A stretch of 64,000 bases of DNA from the human T2T-CHM13v2.0 reference genome, Homo sapiens. Position 1 is the first letter of the stretch; each line of letters begins with the position of its first letter. Under the pieces are notes generated by a model. It was not told where the DNA came from. It was given only the letters and a program-made list of their open reading frames with translations, and ran no database searches. Where the stretch lies: NCBI RefSeq assembly GCF_009914755.1, contig NC_060930.1. One strand, written 5' to 3'. The position numbers were made by a program, and so were the translations under genes. Shown here piece by piece: positions 44,886 through 59,844 of the stretch.

Positions 44886-46519
44886 TCGCCTAAGAGGATA
44901 AAGAGCCCAGGGAGCTTTTAGGTGGCTGCCACCCACCTGCTCCTGCTGGCACAGCAGATGTCAAACCCCTAAAGCCCAGAAGATGCATTCTCTTCATCAT
45001 TGAGCTTTAGTGTCTCCGAGGAGACATAGTCACCTACCCGAGTTAACAAAGGAAGACCTTTGATACCTAAGTGATCGTTCTAAGAAAGCCACTAGTCTCA
45101 AGGGACTTACCAGTTCAAAGTCGAGCACAGTGATTCATGTTAAAGCAGTGAAACAAAACAAAACAAAACAAAACACCCATGTTCAATCTTCCCAGGTAAT
45201 AAGTTAGTTTTATCTTTGGCTGCACTGCCTACTAAACACATTTTTCCCAATGAACTCAATCAAAGACTTTATTTTGAGGCAAAACTGAATGTGAACAAGT
45301 TGTCCTGGCTTTTATCTTCCTAAGAGTTGGTCACCAAAGACATGTTGAGAGTGTCCATGTATGCTGAGAACTGAACTAGGTGCTGTGTGATTGGAAGGAT
45401 GTGACTATATTAATAGCCACTAGAAACCATTTATAAAAGAGAATCTAGAGTTCCCATATACAGTATTTTTCTTTGCACTCTCTTTAGCCTCTTGAGAAAG
45501 TCATACTGACAATTATGAAGAGGAAGCTGTTAGCAACCAGGAAACCAGGATATTTGACAGAAGAACATTGTGAAATATGACTTCTTAGAGGAATTGATTA
45601 CTAATAGCCTTTAAGTTAGAGTGACATTTAGTACATTTCAGATACGACTCCTAAAACCAAAGCTTTTCTTCCACTTTACATAGAGATCTTATGATCACTT
45701 TGCTCAACTAAGCAATCATATTTCATAAGAACCAGACAATCTTTGGACTCAAAATATATCCCTCTTGGAAGAGAATGTTGAAAACTACGATGAGAAAGTA
45801 CTATCTCCTGGCTTAAATGTTTTTCAGGCTCTGGAATTATTTCCTCTTATTTCACTTTGTGCCTCACTGAGTGTTTCTCACTTATTCGGTTCTCTTAATT
45901 TCCAAGAAGCATTTTTTGTCTTCATCTTTTGGTTCTTATTCCCTTGTCAGAAAGAAATATCACTCCCACAGTTTTTTCCTTGTTTTCTCCAAGGATAGAG
46001 AGTTCTAAAATTGTTTCGTCGTGCCAGATGGTGAGGCCTTTCAACCTCTAATGAAATTCTGTTCATAGAAATTAAGCCATTGTCACAAAATGTATACTAT
46101 GCAGATTCTTTTTCTCATTTGTAAAGTAACTTTATTCTTATGATGCACCTTTCAAAACTTTGTTCCAGGTTGAGGATAGCTACAAAGAGTCAAATAACTT
46201 TTAGATGGTATGGGAAGAGCCCAGTACTCTGGTACAGAAAACTGCAGGAGTTTTTCCAAATGCTAAAATGGCTCTTTATATTTAGGGAAGTATAATTGTG
46301 CATTGCAAACATCAAAGAAAATCATGTTTACACAAGGGATTATTGTTACTAAGTAGATCAAAATTGGGAGAAGAATGATCATACGAACACATTACATGAA
46401 AGGAATATTTATTCTTTCCATTTAAAAAGAATCTAGCAATTACCTGTTTTTCAGACTTTCCCCTTGATGAACTTCACAGAAATTCAGGGTGGGAGGGCTT
46501 AAACAACTCCTAGATATAA

Positions 46520-47420
46520 CCACACTCCTGAAAACTGATCTTCCAGCCAATTCCTCAGCACCTCTAGCAATGGAAAACACTATTTCCAGACTGCCTTTTG
46601 CCTTGGATGTCTGGCTTTCCTGTAATAACTCACTGCCTTTAAATACAACCACAAGGAACTGTTGCCCTGACCAGGATGCTGCCCCCACATTATCTGCAAT
46701 CATTCCTCAGAATAAGCCGATGTCTTCCTCCTTAACATTGGACCCATTGGTTCTAGCTTTGCTTTCCTAAGTCACACAGAAGAAATTGAATCCATCTTCT
46801 GTGTAAAACCCACATACTAAAAGACCACCCATCATGTATCCCCCTTCAGATCTACATTCTATAAGTTAAACATCCCATTTCTCCAACCATGTGATATGGT
46901 TTCTAGACAGCTAGCTATTCCAAACATCTCCCTCTGGACATCCTTTAGGAATCTCAGCTATCATTGAACAGATGCTTCCTGGTAATGTCTAATCAACACA
47001 AAATCCAGCAAGACCACTTAGACACTTTCTATAAACCCAGGCTAAACCACAGGAGCTTTCTTGGCAGACACATCTGCTTTTTATTCATTGAACTCACAAT
47101 CAGCTAAGCCAAATATTCTGTACCCTGGAATTGTACAATTTAACTTCTGAACCAGAACATATAACTTTACATTTAGATCTCTTAAAAGTCTTTATGTAAC
47201 AGTTATCCCAGCATCGAATGCTCTTTACTGTCATTCTCAATTTCTGTTTCTTTATCCATAATATTAATTATTGTTCCTTAATTTTTAATCTCTGAACTTG
47301 ACTGACATGTCTTTGACATATTTTTCTAAGCCCACTTATTTATACTATTGAATAGAACAGAATGAAAGACAGGTCTTTTGATATGTCTCTACAAAAATCC
47401 ACTCAGATTGCCATAAATCC
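46520..47420 (-). mobile_element. L3/CR1 relic
   Basis: CCATTGGTTCTAG...CACAGAAG...ATCATGTATCCCCC...TAAACATCCC...ATATGGTTTCTAGAC...CCTCTGGACA. Confidence 0.7.
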
Positions 47421-49092
47421 AGTGATATTTCCCATTCTCTTCTGGGCAGGGCCACTCTGGCCCATCTATTCCAGCCTGACTTTCATAAATAACTATCCCT
47501 CCCTGCTATTTTCTGTAACTTGGGAAGATATAGAAAAATCTATCAGCAGTTTACCAACTTTTTACAGAAACACCATTTCCCCCATGTATTCAAGGACATA
47601 CTGACCTACACAATGGTGGATACAATTAAGATAGTTACTATTTATGAGTTGTAGGATGGATACATTTAAGGATTCTTGTTTGTCCCAAGGCCCTTTGCAT
47701 AGTATATCCTGCACATATATCATCTCAGCTACCCCGTACTCTGTAAAAGAAAAGAAATGCTAGGTGTGTTCAACCCCAAACCAAATTTTGTGTGGCCTGA
47801 AAGGGTAAAGTTAGAATTGATAGTCCAAGATTTAGAGAGAATGATGTTGATTCATTATGAGGACTGACTATAAATAACATGGAAGCAGCACCCTGAGTGG
47901 AGAAAGCGTTCATACAATGTGTTTATACTTAAAGGCACTGACTTATTCCAGGCAAAGGAGATAAAGTGTAGTCTCAAGACATTTCAACTCTGTATTGTAT
48001 CTCTGCTAACATCTACCCCATGTGCAAGAACGTGAATGGGTATCCTCATCTCAACCATCATCTTTCTACCATGGTGTTCAACCCAAGTCCTTCAACACCA
48101 GGCACTATCTCATGCTCTAGACCTTTCTTTATCCCACACACATCCAAACCAAGAACATACAGCTCATGTTTAACATCCTTTTAAAAGGTAACTATTTTAC
48201 TAAGCCAACATTGTAATTAATATATCAACACACCAAATAACATTCACATTTTAGCAAAGGCTGTCAATGTCCTAAACCAATGAAGTAGATATTGAATATT
48301 TTACATCATGTTAAGCAAATCGCCATATTTCTCCACTGACATGCAAAGCCAGCTGTGAAACCATAACCTCTGTGAAGCTGGAAAAGCTGACCTGTGTGTA
48401 GGTGACTTGCCCAAAGTAGAATTGATTACTATCTTTATTTTTATTTTATGTATGAGTGATCAGCCCTGTTTACCTTGCCTAGTTAGAATTAAATACATAA
48501 TTTTATCTACTTAATAGATTATATATGTATGACCAGCTCTGTTCTCTGCCTGGTTAATGAAGAGCTTTTATCCCAAAGTTTAGTTTTCATATACGCTTAA
48601 ACATCCTATTGAGAACAAAATGTCATAAAACATTCAAAAGCAATACTCAAAAAGTAATTATCCACAAAAACTATAGTGATAGCATCAATATAACGAAGAC
48701 ATTGTAACAACCAGCCCTGAATGTCAACATTCACTATAGAAGATCTCAGGCACTGCAGCTGAAGCTGCATCCCAGCCTCACATTGAAATGTAATCAACTT
48801 TTTAAAACTGTCATAACAACATCTGTTTCCAAATAACAATTTGCTAAATTTTGAATGTTTTCACCCAATTTAATTGAAGTTAAAGTAGTTCATATATATG
48901 TAAACATATATGCACATTTTCTGATTGCTCACAAGAAATTTCAGGAAAAACTTTATTAGTCTCCAAAACTTTTATGGCAGTCCTAGCAAGTTTAACAATG
49001 AAAGGTCTTGTTTTTGAGGGTTAGCATCAAGTAGTTTGTTAAAGAAAAATTATTATTAAAAATGTATACTATCACAGTGTAATCAGGATTTA

Positions 49093-49409
<317 letters not shown>

Positions 49410-52400
49410 AGAAGGGACTTTGAAAAGTCATCTTAAACTTTTAACTTTATAGGCTTAAGCCAAAGCTAAACTCTGACAGATGTGTAGCCATTCTTTTGTA
49501 TGAGGATTTGCAGAAAAGATTTCATGACCAAGAGCTTCCATGGTATGCCATTATCCCTGTTTTTGTTTTTGTTTTAAGAAAAAACCTGGTCACTGATCAG
49601 GAGTGTGACAACCCTTGTCTTCTAAAACTCTTCTTTATGGTTGTTCTAGTATTGGTAATGAGAGAGCACAGCTTCGCCTCTATCCTAGTGTGTAATATAG
49701 TTGGAAGTTCTTCTTAGGTTATCATGAACTATCTTTTCTTCAAATTCAAATTTAGTAGGGATTCCAAAGAGAAGTAGGGAGAAGATTTTCACAACTTTTA
49801 TTACCCTAAAATGTTGTTTGTGGAGGCTAAGTTAGGTTTGTTTCTGGAGGCTCAGTGAGTCTGAAATTAACCATTAGATGTGTTTGACAGTAACACTGCA
49901 CATTTTCACATTCGCAGCCACTCCAAGTTGATTATTCTCCTCATTTTGCTGGAAGGCAACAGTTAATAGCAAAGATTCTAGAATAAGATGATACAGCTTC
50001 AAATTACTAAGTATTTATAATTCTAGTTAATTTGGTAAGTCATGTAAATATTTTAAATTTCAGTTTTCTCATTCATAAAATGGGGTTGTTACTATTTTGA
50101 TGTGAAGAATTAACAAGATGTATGAGACTTAGATAGTCCTGAATGTGTGTAAGCACTTCAGAAAGGTTAGTTTATTCTTCATCATCCTCATTCTCGTTAT
50201 CTTCGTCACTTAGTTAAAGCTAGACTCTCTGACTCTAAACCTCAGGGCTTTCCTCATACCTCCTCATACTGTACTGCCTCCATTACATATAATCTTGAAC
50301 TACATAAGGAAAGAACAGAAGAGAAAATAAGTCAAGCATCACCGAGGAAACCTTAAGCCAGTAAGTAAAAGCACCACTGGACAAGAACCAGCATGGTCTA
50401 GTTAAGTGATTCTAGGGCAATGCTGCCAATTCATCATTCAATCAACCACATGGGAAGACAAACTAACATCTCCAATAATGTGATTTTCTGTCTGACCATC
50501 ACAAAAACTTGTGCATCAGACAGGGCTGGTAACAATAGCCCCCAACATAAGTTCAGGGAAGTTAAATGTTTGCCCACATCACTGAACTGATAAATATGAG
50601 ACTTGACCTAGGGTCTCTAGTTGAAGTCTCCAAACTTAGATCTCCAGCTTCAAAGCTTAGAACTTTTACAACCAACAACTATTGTCATTTCTCACCATAA
50701 ATCATTTTCCTCAAGACGGATGTTACATTTATTGCATCCACAATGTTCTGCATATAGTGGTTTGATACTGTTCAGTGAAATGAGTTCATTAAGTTTCTCA
50801 GAGGAAGTCAGCATCTATCTGGAAGATTATTGGTTGAAAATCATTTCCCTATTTCAAATGAAGGAAAAGCTTTCGGTTTTTATGTTACTCATCAGTTTTT
50901 AGCAGGTCTAAATGGACTCTAATAAAATTGGCCTTACTCTTGATCACAATGGATTTGGCTGATAATTTGCCAGATATGCAGGCCCGGCATTATCTTAGTC
51001 AGCATTCCACAGAACTGCAGTCTTGGCCTGGATTATAAATTTCCTAAATAGCCATTATTTGGCTATATGCCTTTCAGTATAATTGGTTGAATCTAAACCA
51101 TGCCAATCAATCATTTTGCTTTGCCACCTTTAGCAATCTGTGTTTCTAGTTCTATGCCACCCTCAGGAATTCTTGATTACAAAAGATTTGCCTATGTAAA
51201 GATTCTGTAAACCTAGTAAAGATAAATTTTTGTAAAAGGTCAGATTATCTTAGAGACATATCTAAGAACCTTCACAAGTGCATTTATTAATATTTGGTGC
51301 ACTTAAAAACCAGAAGGAGAGGGAAAGCATCTGTGATGAGATGAACATATGTAGCAAGTTTGTTCATTGCTTGTTTGAGACTGTTGATCTGTCAATACAC
51401 GTACTGGGTAATTACTCAACTTGTAAGTGTCAAATCTGAGGGATCTGCTAAGAGAAGAAGCACAGCAAGTCAGAGTTAAGTTAGTATGCAATAATAGAGA
51501 CTATTAAAATATATGAAAAAAGATGTTCTCAAGGCAGTTTATAGTTATCCTTGTTCAATCATAGAAGAAATCGTAGATACACTTTGTTTTAGTCAACACT
51601 TAAGAATTTTCAACAGGACCTGAAGGCTAGATGATGTTATCACTTGTTCTGACAAGTCTTCCTTATAAATTTTGATGCTAGTCTTCAAATATTCCATACA
51701 TTGTGATCAGTTTTGCAAAGAAACAGAAAAATTCACCGGAGTGCATTCTGAGCAGAATGAACAAGATATGGAAGCAAATGTTGAATTACCATTGGTGCTT
51801 TTGTTACGACAGGGAAAGTAAATGTGTGTTTATTTAATATCACTTTTATTTAACAAAATGCTGATATTGTAACTGGCATAAGGAATTTTCCTTCCTTGAA
51901 AGTCTACATTCTGACTATAAGCTGCCCAAAAGTTTGGTTTTAAAAATCTAAACACGAACATACACCAATAACTCTACCTCCCAAAAGCATTATTATATAA
52001 AATTTGACCTTATGTCTAGGTATTTTTAAAGAAAGTTTATTCTTTGGTAGTACTGTATGCGATGATTGTTTCATTGATTTTAAGCTTTATATATTCACCC
52101 AAAATGTTACTTTTGTGCAAATGTATCATAATAATTTTTCTAATAGAACATGTGGCTACTTTTCAAGATGCTCTATTAAATCAATTACTCATTAAAACTT
52201 TTATTGGCTCTTTCCTCTTCACAAGTGGGAGGCATTTGGAGTCTATCACTACCAGATGGAATGGGGAATATATGCCCAGGCTGGGTAATGCTTCTCTGAC
52301 ATCAAGGGTAGAAGAGTTGCCAGAAGACTCTCTAAAAGCGGAGGACAGTGCTCACTCTCCAATTATTACTGCATTTTTCTTTTTGATATGAATTTTATAG

Positions 52401-52411
52401 AGGGCAGAATA

Positions 52412-53040
52412 TGTAACCAATGTTTCCCAGATTGCCATCCCTAAGCAAGGGGTGGCAGTAATGCCACATCAATGGCATAAATCAGTGTCATGTCATCCCT
52501 CCCTCACTTGTAGAGTGACTCACACATGGTGGCTCACAATGGTACCCCATCTTGCTGTTGACCCTGCTAACCTCTTTTGCCAAAACCATAATTTAGGAAA
52601 GGTCCCCACCTTTGCTTCTAGCCTTGTGGCTTCTTTCCTCTCTATCAGTGCTGTTTCTGCCTCTCACAGTGGCCAAGGTGGGCAATACAGAGAGACCCAT
52701 TCTGAGTCCCTAAAACAGGACCCTGCCACTCCCTGTGGCTCCCTCATCTCTATATGCTACACTGCTAACACATGGCCACATGAATGTGAGACTATCTTCC
52801 ATGAGTTATGGTCAGCTTGTTCTTGTCTCACTGTCTGGGTCACTGATCTTGGGTAGGACTTGGACTTTGCCCTGAGGCTGCCTCATCAAAGGGCTACTTC
52901 TTCTTGGCATTGCTCTGGGGTGAATTTGGACCCCTCAGAGATTCATCCATCATTCCTCCCCTCACATTTTAGGGGTTTTGCCTCCTCTCTATTGAAGGGA
53001 GCTAAGAATAATTCTTCTTCAGAATTGACCTAAAAATTTG
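52412..53040. mobile_element. Possible ancient LTR relic (family not identified)
   Basis: GC-richer block starting TGTAACC. Resemblance only. Confidence 0.3.
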
Positions 53041-53157
53041 AAATGGCTGGTTCTCCTCATGCTTCTATCTAGAGATTATTTTTTATTACTTTATGCAGCT
53101 CATCAACATCATAATCATAATTGTTTTTCATGTCTTTTAAATTCATTTCTTTCATTA

Positions 53158-53530
<373 letters not shown>

Positions 53531-53535
<5 letters not shown>

Positions 53536-53539
53536 AAAG

Positions 53540-53580
<41 letters not shown>

Positions 53581-53656
53581 AGGAAGGAAGGAAGGGAGGG
53601 AGGGAGGGAGGGAAGCAAGGAGAAGAAAGAAAGAGAAAGAAAAAAAGAAAGAAAAA

Positions 53657-53728
<72 letters not shown>

Positions 53729-53735
53729 AAAAAAG
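53531..53735. repeat. Polypurine tail with a perfect (GAAA)18 at 53659-53730
   Basis: Units counted directly. Confidence 0.95.
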
Positions 53736-54099
53736 TGGAAAGAGGCAGCAGCACAGTGACACCTTCTTTACACTTAACAATGAAGTTCCACAGCCAGCAT
53801 AGAAGTGCTGGCTTATGTTATGTCTCTATGGACCTCAGAAACCACATCTCCCGTCTACCCCAGTGTTCTACTGTGTGACTCAAATTTCCTCTAGAAGCTG
53901 TGTGGCAGAACCTTTCCTTCTGTATTTTAAGTGTGAAGTAACAACATCTCTTAATCTTTCAGAAGTCTCCAGTTGGCATCCTTTGAGTTATTCCTGGTCT
54001 GCAAATATGTTTACTTTGCCCCCACAGTGTTGCTTAATAATATGAGCTTTAATGCCTTTAGAGAGAGGAGGTATTGTCAGGTTTAATAAGTCTTCACCA

Positions 54100-54740
54100 T
54101 TCCCTATTGTAGTACACTTTGCTGGCTTCACTTATTTGCATGATCTGGTTTTAGGTCCTTCTAGACTACGTGTGTCCCAAAAAAATCACAATTGCCCTTT
54201 TCACTGCCGAACCACTAATATGCTAGGATAGTGCCTGCACATAAGAGATATTTAATAAATATTGAATGGATAAAAATTTTTATTTAAATAAATATGGGAG
54301 GGGGTGAAGAGAGAGATCCAGAAATGTAATATAAAATTCACTGCAATGATAAACTATGCTAAGATCTGACTAGTCAGTAATATACACAGCAGACATCTCA
54401 GATTATCATACTATCCCCAGCACCAATACATTCCTAAGCTGCACTTCATTCCTGAAAGTTAGTACTTTCCTGAATATTGTCACACTCCCCCATCCTGACT
54501 CAGTTAGATGTCTCTTATTGTGATCCCTCAGTACCCTGTTCTTAAGGTTTACAGTATGTGGTACACACTATAATAGCTTATTTACTTGAATCTTCACTAG
54601 CTATATATTTCTTGAGAACAGAGGCTATATCCTTTTCATAGCTGTATCTGTAGTACCCAGCAAAACACTCAATGACCTAACACCTAGTAGACTCTCAGTT
54701 AATGTTTGCTGAGTGATAAAACAAATAATAGATGAACTCA
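54100..54740 (+). mobile_element. Two L2 3'-end relics
   Basis: AGTGCCTGCACATAAG...AATAAATATTGAATGGA and TAGTAGACTCTCAGTTAATGTTTGCTGAGTGA. Confidence 0.6.
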
Positions 54741-56649
54741 AAGCCTTTCAGTGTTTTTCCTCATTTTATTTTCTTGCCTTTTTTATTTTATATTGAGAGT
54801 GATCCATCATAATCAAATCCAAATAAAATATTTGAGAAAGAAGCTCTTTTTCTAATAGTTTAGAAATCTCTGTATTACCTCTAAAACCTTGAAAAGTGAG
54901 GCTAAGAAGCTGTTTTTGTGTATGGAAACAAAGGAGGAGTCAGGAAAGAGAACTTTTCTGAGCAGAGGAATTGAACTTGTGCTTCCTAGACTGTAGCATT
55001 TTCTCAGGCTTAACATCTCAGCTTCTGCTCCATGAGATGTGAGGTTCTGTCAAGTGAAAGATAAAAGAAAGAACCTCCTTCTTTAATGACAGCCTGCACT
55101 ATTTCTCAAAAAGCATCACCAGGGACAAGACCTAGATAAGATGACTCCTATACTCTGGGTATTTCTTTGCAGCTTTTAGCTATGTATGTTCTGGCAGAAG
55201 CAACTTCTTACTGCTTAGTGAAATTATCAAAGCAATAGTTCAATAAGAATGGATTTTTTAACTCCAACTTTTTTTCTACAACCTAAAGACCATCCTTGGA
55301 AAAAGGCTGTCTTCCATGTTAAAAGCCCTAAATACTCTGCTGCTCAAAGTTCAGCCAAATCAGTCTAAAGTTTCTTCCAAGAGAGCTATCAGGGCAGACA
55401 CAAAGGCATCTCAGGGGATCTGCTGAAATAGTGTTGTCATCTTATCTTTAGTTCTACTGAGATGTTAAGTAAGAAAATCTGAACATTAAATTGCAAAACC
55501 TCCAAAGACCAAAGATGAATTTCACAAAAAGATAGAGGAAGAATTTTTGTAATAATCTAACTGAAATAAAGATAGGGACATAAAGAAACCTAGAGGTTAT
55601 GAAAATGGAGAGCCATTACTGAAAAGACATTTGGATATAAGACTAAATTGCTTTCACTGACTACTAACAAAATTCACATCTCCTATCTGATGCCTGTCTG
55701 CCAGCTTATAAACACCAGGATCCATATGGCTCAATCTCAAACAATGTTTTGATCAAAGAAAACTCAAAACAGTAAGCAAGATTTCTTTAATTTTTATTTT
55801 TATGCAAGGTTTTTACTCAAATTTCTCTAAAACAGTGAAGAGAAGGCCAATATGTAGAGTTTAAGTAGTTTATTTAGATCCCACATATCTCCTGCTCCTT
55901 CCCTCACACCTTGCTGCACTACTCCAATCTGTCTCTCCAAATTCCTTGAATTCTTTTCTTGCACCTCTCTTTTCCCAGTCCTGGCCTGCCTCTTGATCTT
56001 AGCGACCATCTACTTTTCTTCTTATCTCTCCAGCTCTATCTTCCTCTCTATTCTCTTTGTTTTGTTTTTAAAGCACGTGATTCCAGAAAGAGAGCTGGGC
56101 ACCTTCAGATTCTTTCTCAGAGAGTGGAGGTAAAAAAAAATAAGTGCTGGGCAAAACCAAAGCCCCCTTGTGTAAGTAAATTGAAAAAACAAAATTGAAT
56201 TCAGAATTTTTTTCCAAAAAAAAGCACCAATATCTCTGCCTTCAGCGTCCTCAAGATTAGGTGGTGTAGAGTGGGAAAAAATGGTAGAAGAGAGGCATAA
56301 AATGAGGCACTCTAGTGTAACTGAGCAGATAATGCTACTAAGCGATCAAAATATGGCCCACAATTCTCCAGTTTCCACCTGGGATTGTAAGCAAGAAGGT
56401 CTCTGAATACTTGGTCTCAGCCCTTGACAAAGAACTACTGGGACCCACCGCAGTTCTCTATGAGTATGAGCTTGCATACTGTCTTTAGTAACAATTATGT
56501 TTGTCTCACTGTGGCTATATAGACTTTTTTCACATGGTTTTTAACATTGTTGTATAAGATAACTATAGATACTCTGAATCCAGCATTGGATTTGCACTGC
56601 TTGGGTTGATGGTAAGAGTGCAGATGGGTGCCTGATCTTAGGCATCTTT

Positions 56650-57230
56650 CTGTTCTATTTCTGCCCTGACTTGAATCTGCATAGTGGTAGAATTATCTAT
56701 ACCTTTGATTGTACGTTTTGTATATTGCTGTGTGCCTAATCTTTTTTACAAATCTTTTATGCCTGGAGGGTTTGTGATGATCACAGAGTACTTCTCAGTT
56801 TATCATTTCTCCTTTGAGATCAACACATTTGAACATCAGTCAGTAGGACCAAGCATTGTTCTTCAGTATGGCAGATGTGAAGTCTTTTGATACCTCTTCA
56901 TTTCATCTAATGCCAAATATGCAGATGTCTATAGAGTACATTCTCTCTACTCCTGAAAATGTTATTAAGTTTTCCAAAAGCTGCAGAAAGTTTCTGTATA
57001 ACCACCATAGCTTATCATGAAACTCTTGGTATGTTTGTTAATGGGACACTAATTGTTCCTATGATTTTTATATTTTTAAAACTGTATCTCCTCTTCTACA
57101 AGGAAAACATTTTCTCTTTATGATGGTGTCTAAAATTTATGCTGTCTTCAACTTGCCAATTTCAGGCCTAGATGTCAGAGTTCATTTTGGGATAATTATC
57201 ACTTCTGACTTTGCATCCTATCTTTTTCAC
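56650..57230 (-). mobile_element. Probable ancient RTE-clade LINE relic (L4/MamRTE-like)
   Basis: Minus-strand SAAFGKL (56967-56987), followed by degenerate FGH..M...R and KD.CKKD-like motifs in RTE order. Confidence 0.4.
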
Positions 57231-57549
57231 ACAAGTCTCTCAGTTAATCACAAATCTGTCTAGGCTTCCACTTGTGTCTTATTTGTAATAAACTTACCTT
57301 AAATCAAATTTTGGACATTCATTGATTTCACAAAAGCAAATGCTACTAAATTATATGTGTCTATAATTTTGGAGTAACATATTTAATTGCAGAAAACACA
57401 AAGCCAAAAAAACACATTAGAAAAAAATTATCCTTAATAACACCAATTGTTTAAATGATTACTTATTATGTACTAGAGATGCTTCTGGCGCTGTACATTT
57501 AGTAACTTAACCTTTACAAAACCCCTAAGAAATAGATAGAGGAATGTTG

Positions 57550-57870
57550 CTATAATACAATATGTGTTCCGAAAAAAAACTCATGCTTTGCAGAATTGCA
57601 CATTGAAAATCATAATGTTTGTTGGAAAAATAGGACAGTAAAAACCTATGTATTACAGAATTATGTATCATAACACTAAGAGAAACAGTAATTGGTACCT
57701 TAACAGACAATTTTGACAGCCCAGAAAGGCAGTTCAGAGTGGTTGGAGGCCCTCTCAGGGTTGGGGAATACTGGCTTGTAGGCACTGGCAATGCAAATGG
57801 GCATGAAGAGCTTAGATGGTAGGGTAGCATTTAAGGTAGGCAGAGGTAGAAATGTAACCTGCTAAGGGAC
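57550..57870. mobile_element. Possible old TcMar-Tigger relic
   Basis: TGTGTTCC...GCTTTGCAGAATTGCAC...GGAAAAATAGG resembles recalled Tigger termini. Confidence 0.3.
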
Positions 57871-57884
57871 AAAATCATCCAAGA

Positions 57885-58230
57885 CTGGAGGTATGCCAAT
57901 AAAGTCAGCTGGACCTGGGGTTTTCTTTGTGAGAAGCTTGTTTATTACTAATTCAATATTTTTCACTTGTTACAGTTTATTCAGATTTCCTCTTTCTTTT
58001 GATAGTTTGTGGAAATTTGCTCATTTCATTGAGTGTATCTAATTTGCTGGCATATAATTGTTCATAGTATAATATTCACTTATCCCTTTTATATCTGGAA
58101 GATTGTTAGTAATGTCCCTGATTTTATTTTTGGTTTTATAATTTATTCTTCTCCCTTTTTTGTTATCCTAGCTAAAGGTGTGTTACTTTTGTTGATCTTT
58201 TCAAATAAACAAGTTTTGGTTTCATTGATT
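57885..58230 (-). mobile_element. L1M ORF2 fragment
   Basis: GGACCTGGGGTTTTCTTTGTG...TTGTTGATCTTTTCAAATAAACAAGTTTTGGTTTCATTGATT. Confidence 0.8.
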
Positions 58231-58231
58231 T

Positions 58232-58594
58232 TTAAAAACATAAGGAACAGAAATTTATTTCTCATAGTTCTGGAGGCTAGGAAGTCCAAGATCAATGTAT
58301 CAGCAAGTTTGATATCCGGCGAGAAACCCAGACTCTCCTTCCAAGATTGTGCCTTCTTGCCGCATCCTCTGAAGAGGCCAAATGCTGTGTGCTCATATGG
58401 TGGAAGAAACAGAAGGACAAAAAAGGGCCTACGCTAGTCTCCTCCAGCCCCTTTATAAGGCACTAATTCATTCATGAGGGTAGATCCCTTATGACTTAAT
58501 CTCTTCTCAAAAGACCCCACCTCTTTGTACAACCACAATGGAGATTATAGTTTAAACATGAATTTTGGAAGGGACACACTTTCAAACCATAGCA
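58232..58594 (-). mobile_element. MSTC/MSTD-like MaLR LTR
   Basis: AGAAATTTATTTCTCATAGTTCTGGAGGCTAGGAAGTCCAAGATC...TTCAAACCATAGCA. Confidence 0.85.
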
Positions 58595-59221
58595 TGTATG
58601 CTTAACTTTGTAAGATACTGCCATACTGTTTTACAAAGTAGCTATACCATTTTGCATGCCCAACAGCACTGAATGAGAATTTGAGCTCCTCCATATCATC
58701 ACCACCAATTAGAAATGTCAGTCTTTTTAACTTTAGTTATTCTAGTGGTTGTAGAGTGATATCTCAATTTAGCTTTAATTTACATTTCCCTAGTAATTAG
58801 TGATTCTGAGCATCTTTTCATGTGCTTATTGGCCACATACATATCTTCTTTGGTGAAGTGTCTTTATATCTTTTTTCTGTTTTTTTGCTTTCATTATTAT
58901 TTTTAATTGACACATAAGAATTGCAAATATCTATAAAGTACAGTATGATATTTCAGTACATGTATTCAATGTATAATGATCAAATCAGAGTAATTAGCTT
59001 ATTCATCACCTAAAACATTTATCATTCCTTTGTGTTCACAATACTCCAAATCTGCTTTTCTATTTGAAAATAAAATATTGTTGACTATAATCACCTTATA
59101 GTGCTATAGAGCCCTAGAAATTTTTCCTCTGATCTAGCTATAATTTTGTGTCCATTAGTTAATTTTTGGTTACTCCCCCTATACCCCATAGCTGTCCATG
59201 CCTCTAGCAATCACTATTCTA

Positions 59222-59301
59222 TTAGGTTGGTATAAAAGTAATTGTGGTTTTTGCCATTGCTTTCAATGGCAAAAACCGCAATTACTTTTGCCCCAACCTA
59301 A
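59222..59301. mobile_element. MADE1 (Hsmar1-derived 80-bp MITE)
   Basis: TTAGGTTGG...CCAACCTAA, a near-perfect palindrome with TA TSDs at 59220-59221 and 59302-59303. Confidence 0.97.
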
Positions 59302-59454
59302 TAATTTCTACGTCTAGGAGAACAACCATTTTAGCTTCCACATATGAGTGACAAGTTGAAGTATTTATCTTTCTGTGCCCGGTTTATTTCAGCTAAATAA
59401 TGTCCTCCAAGCTCATGATGCTTTGATGACAAAATTCCAGGTTTTTATGGCTAA

Positions 59455-59844
<390 letters not shown>

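Noticed and set aside
51052-51062. CCATTATTTGG as an SRF CArG box
   Set aside because: It has seven A/T bases between CC and GG, whereas CArG needs six.
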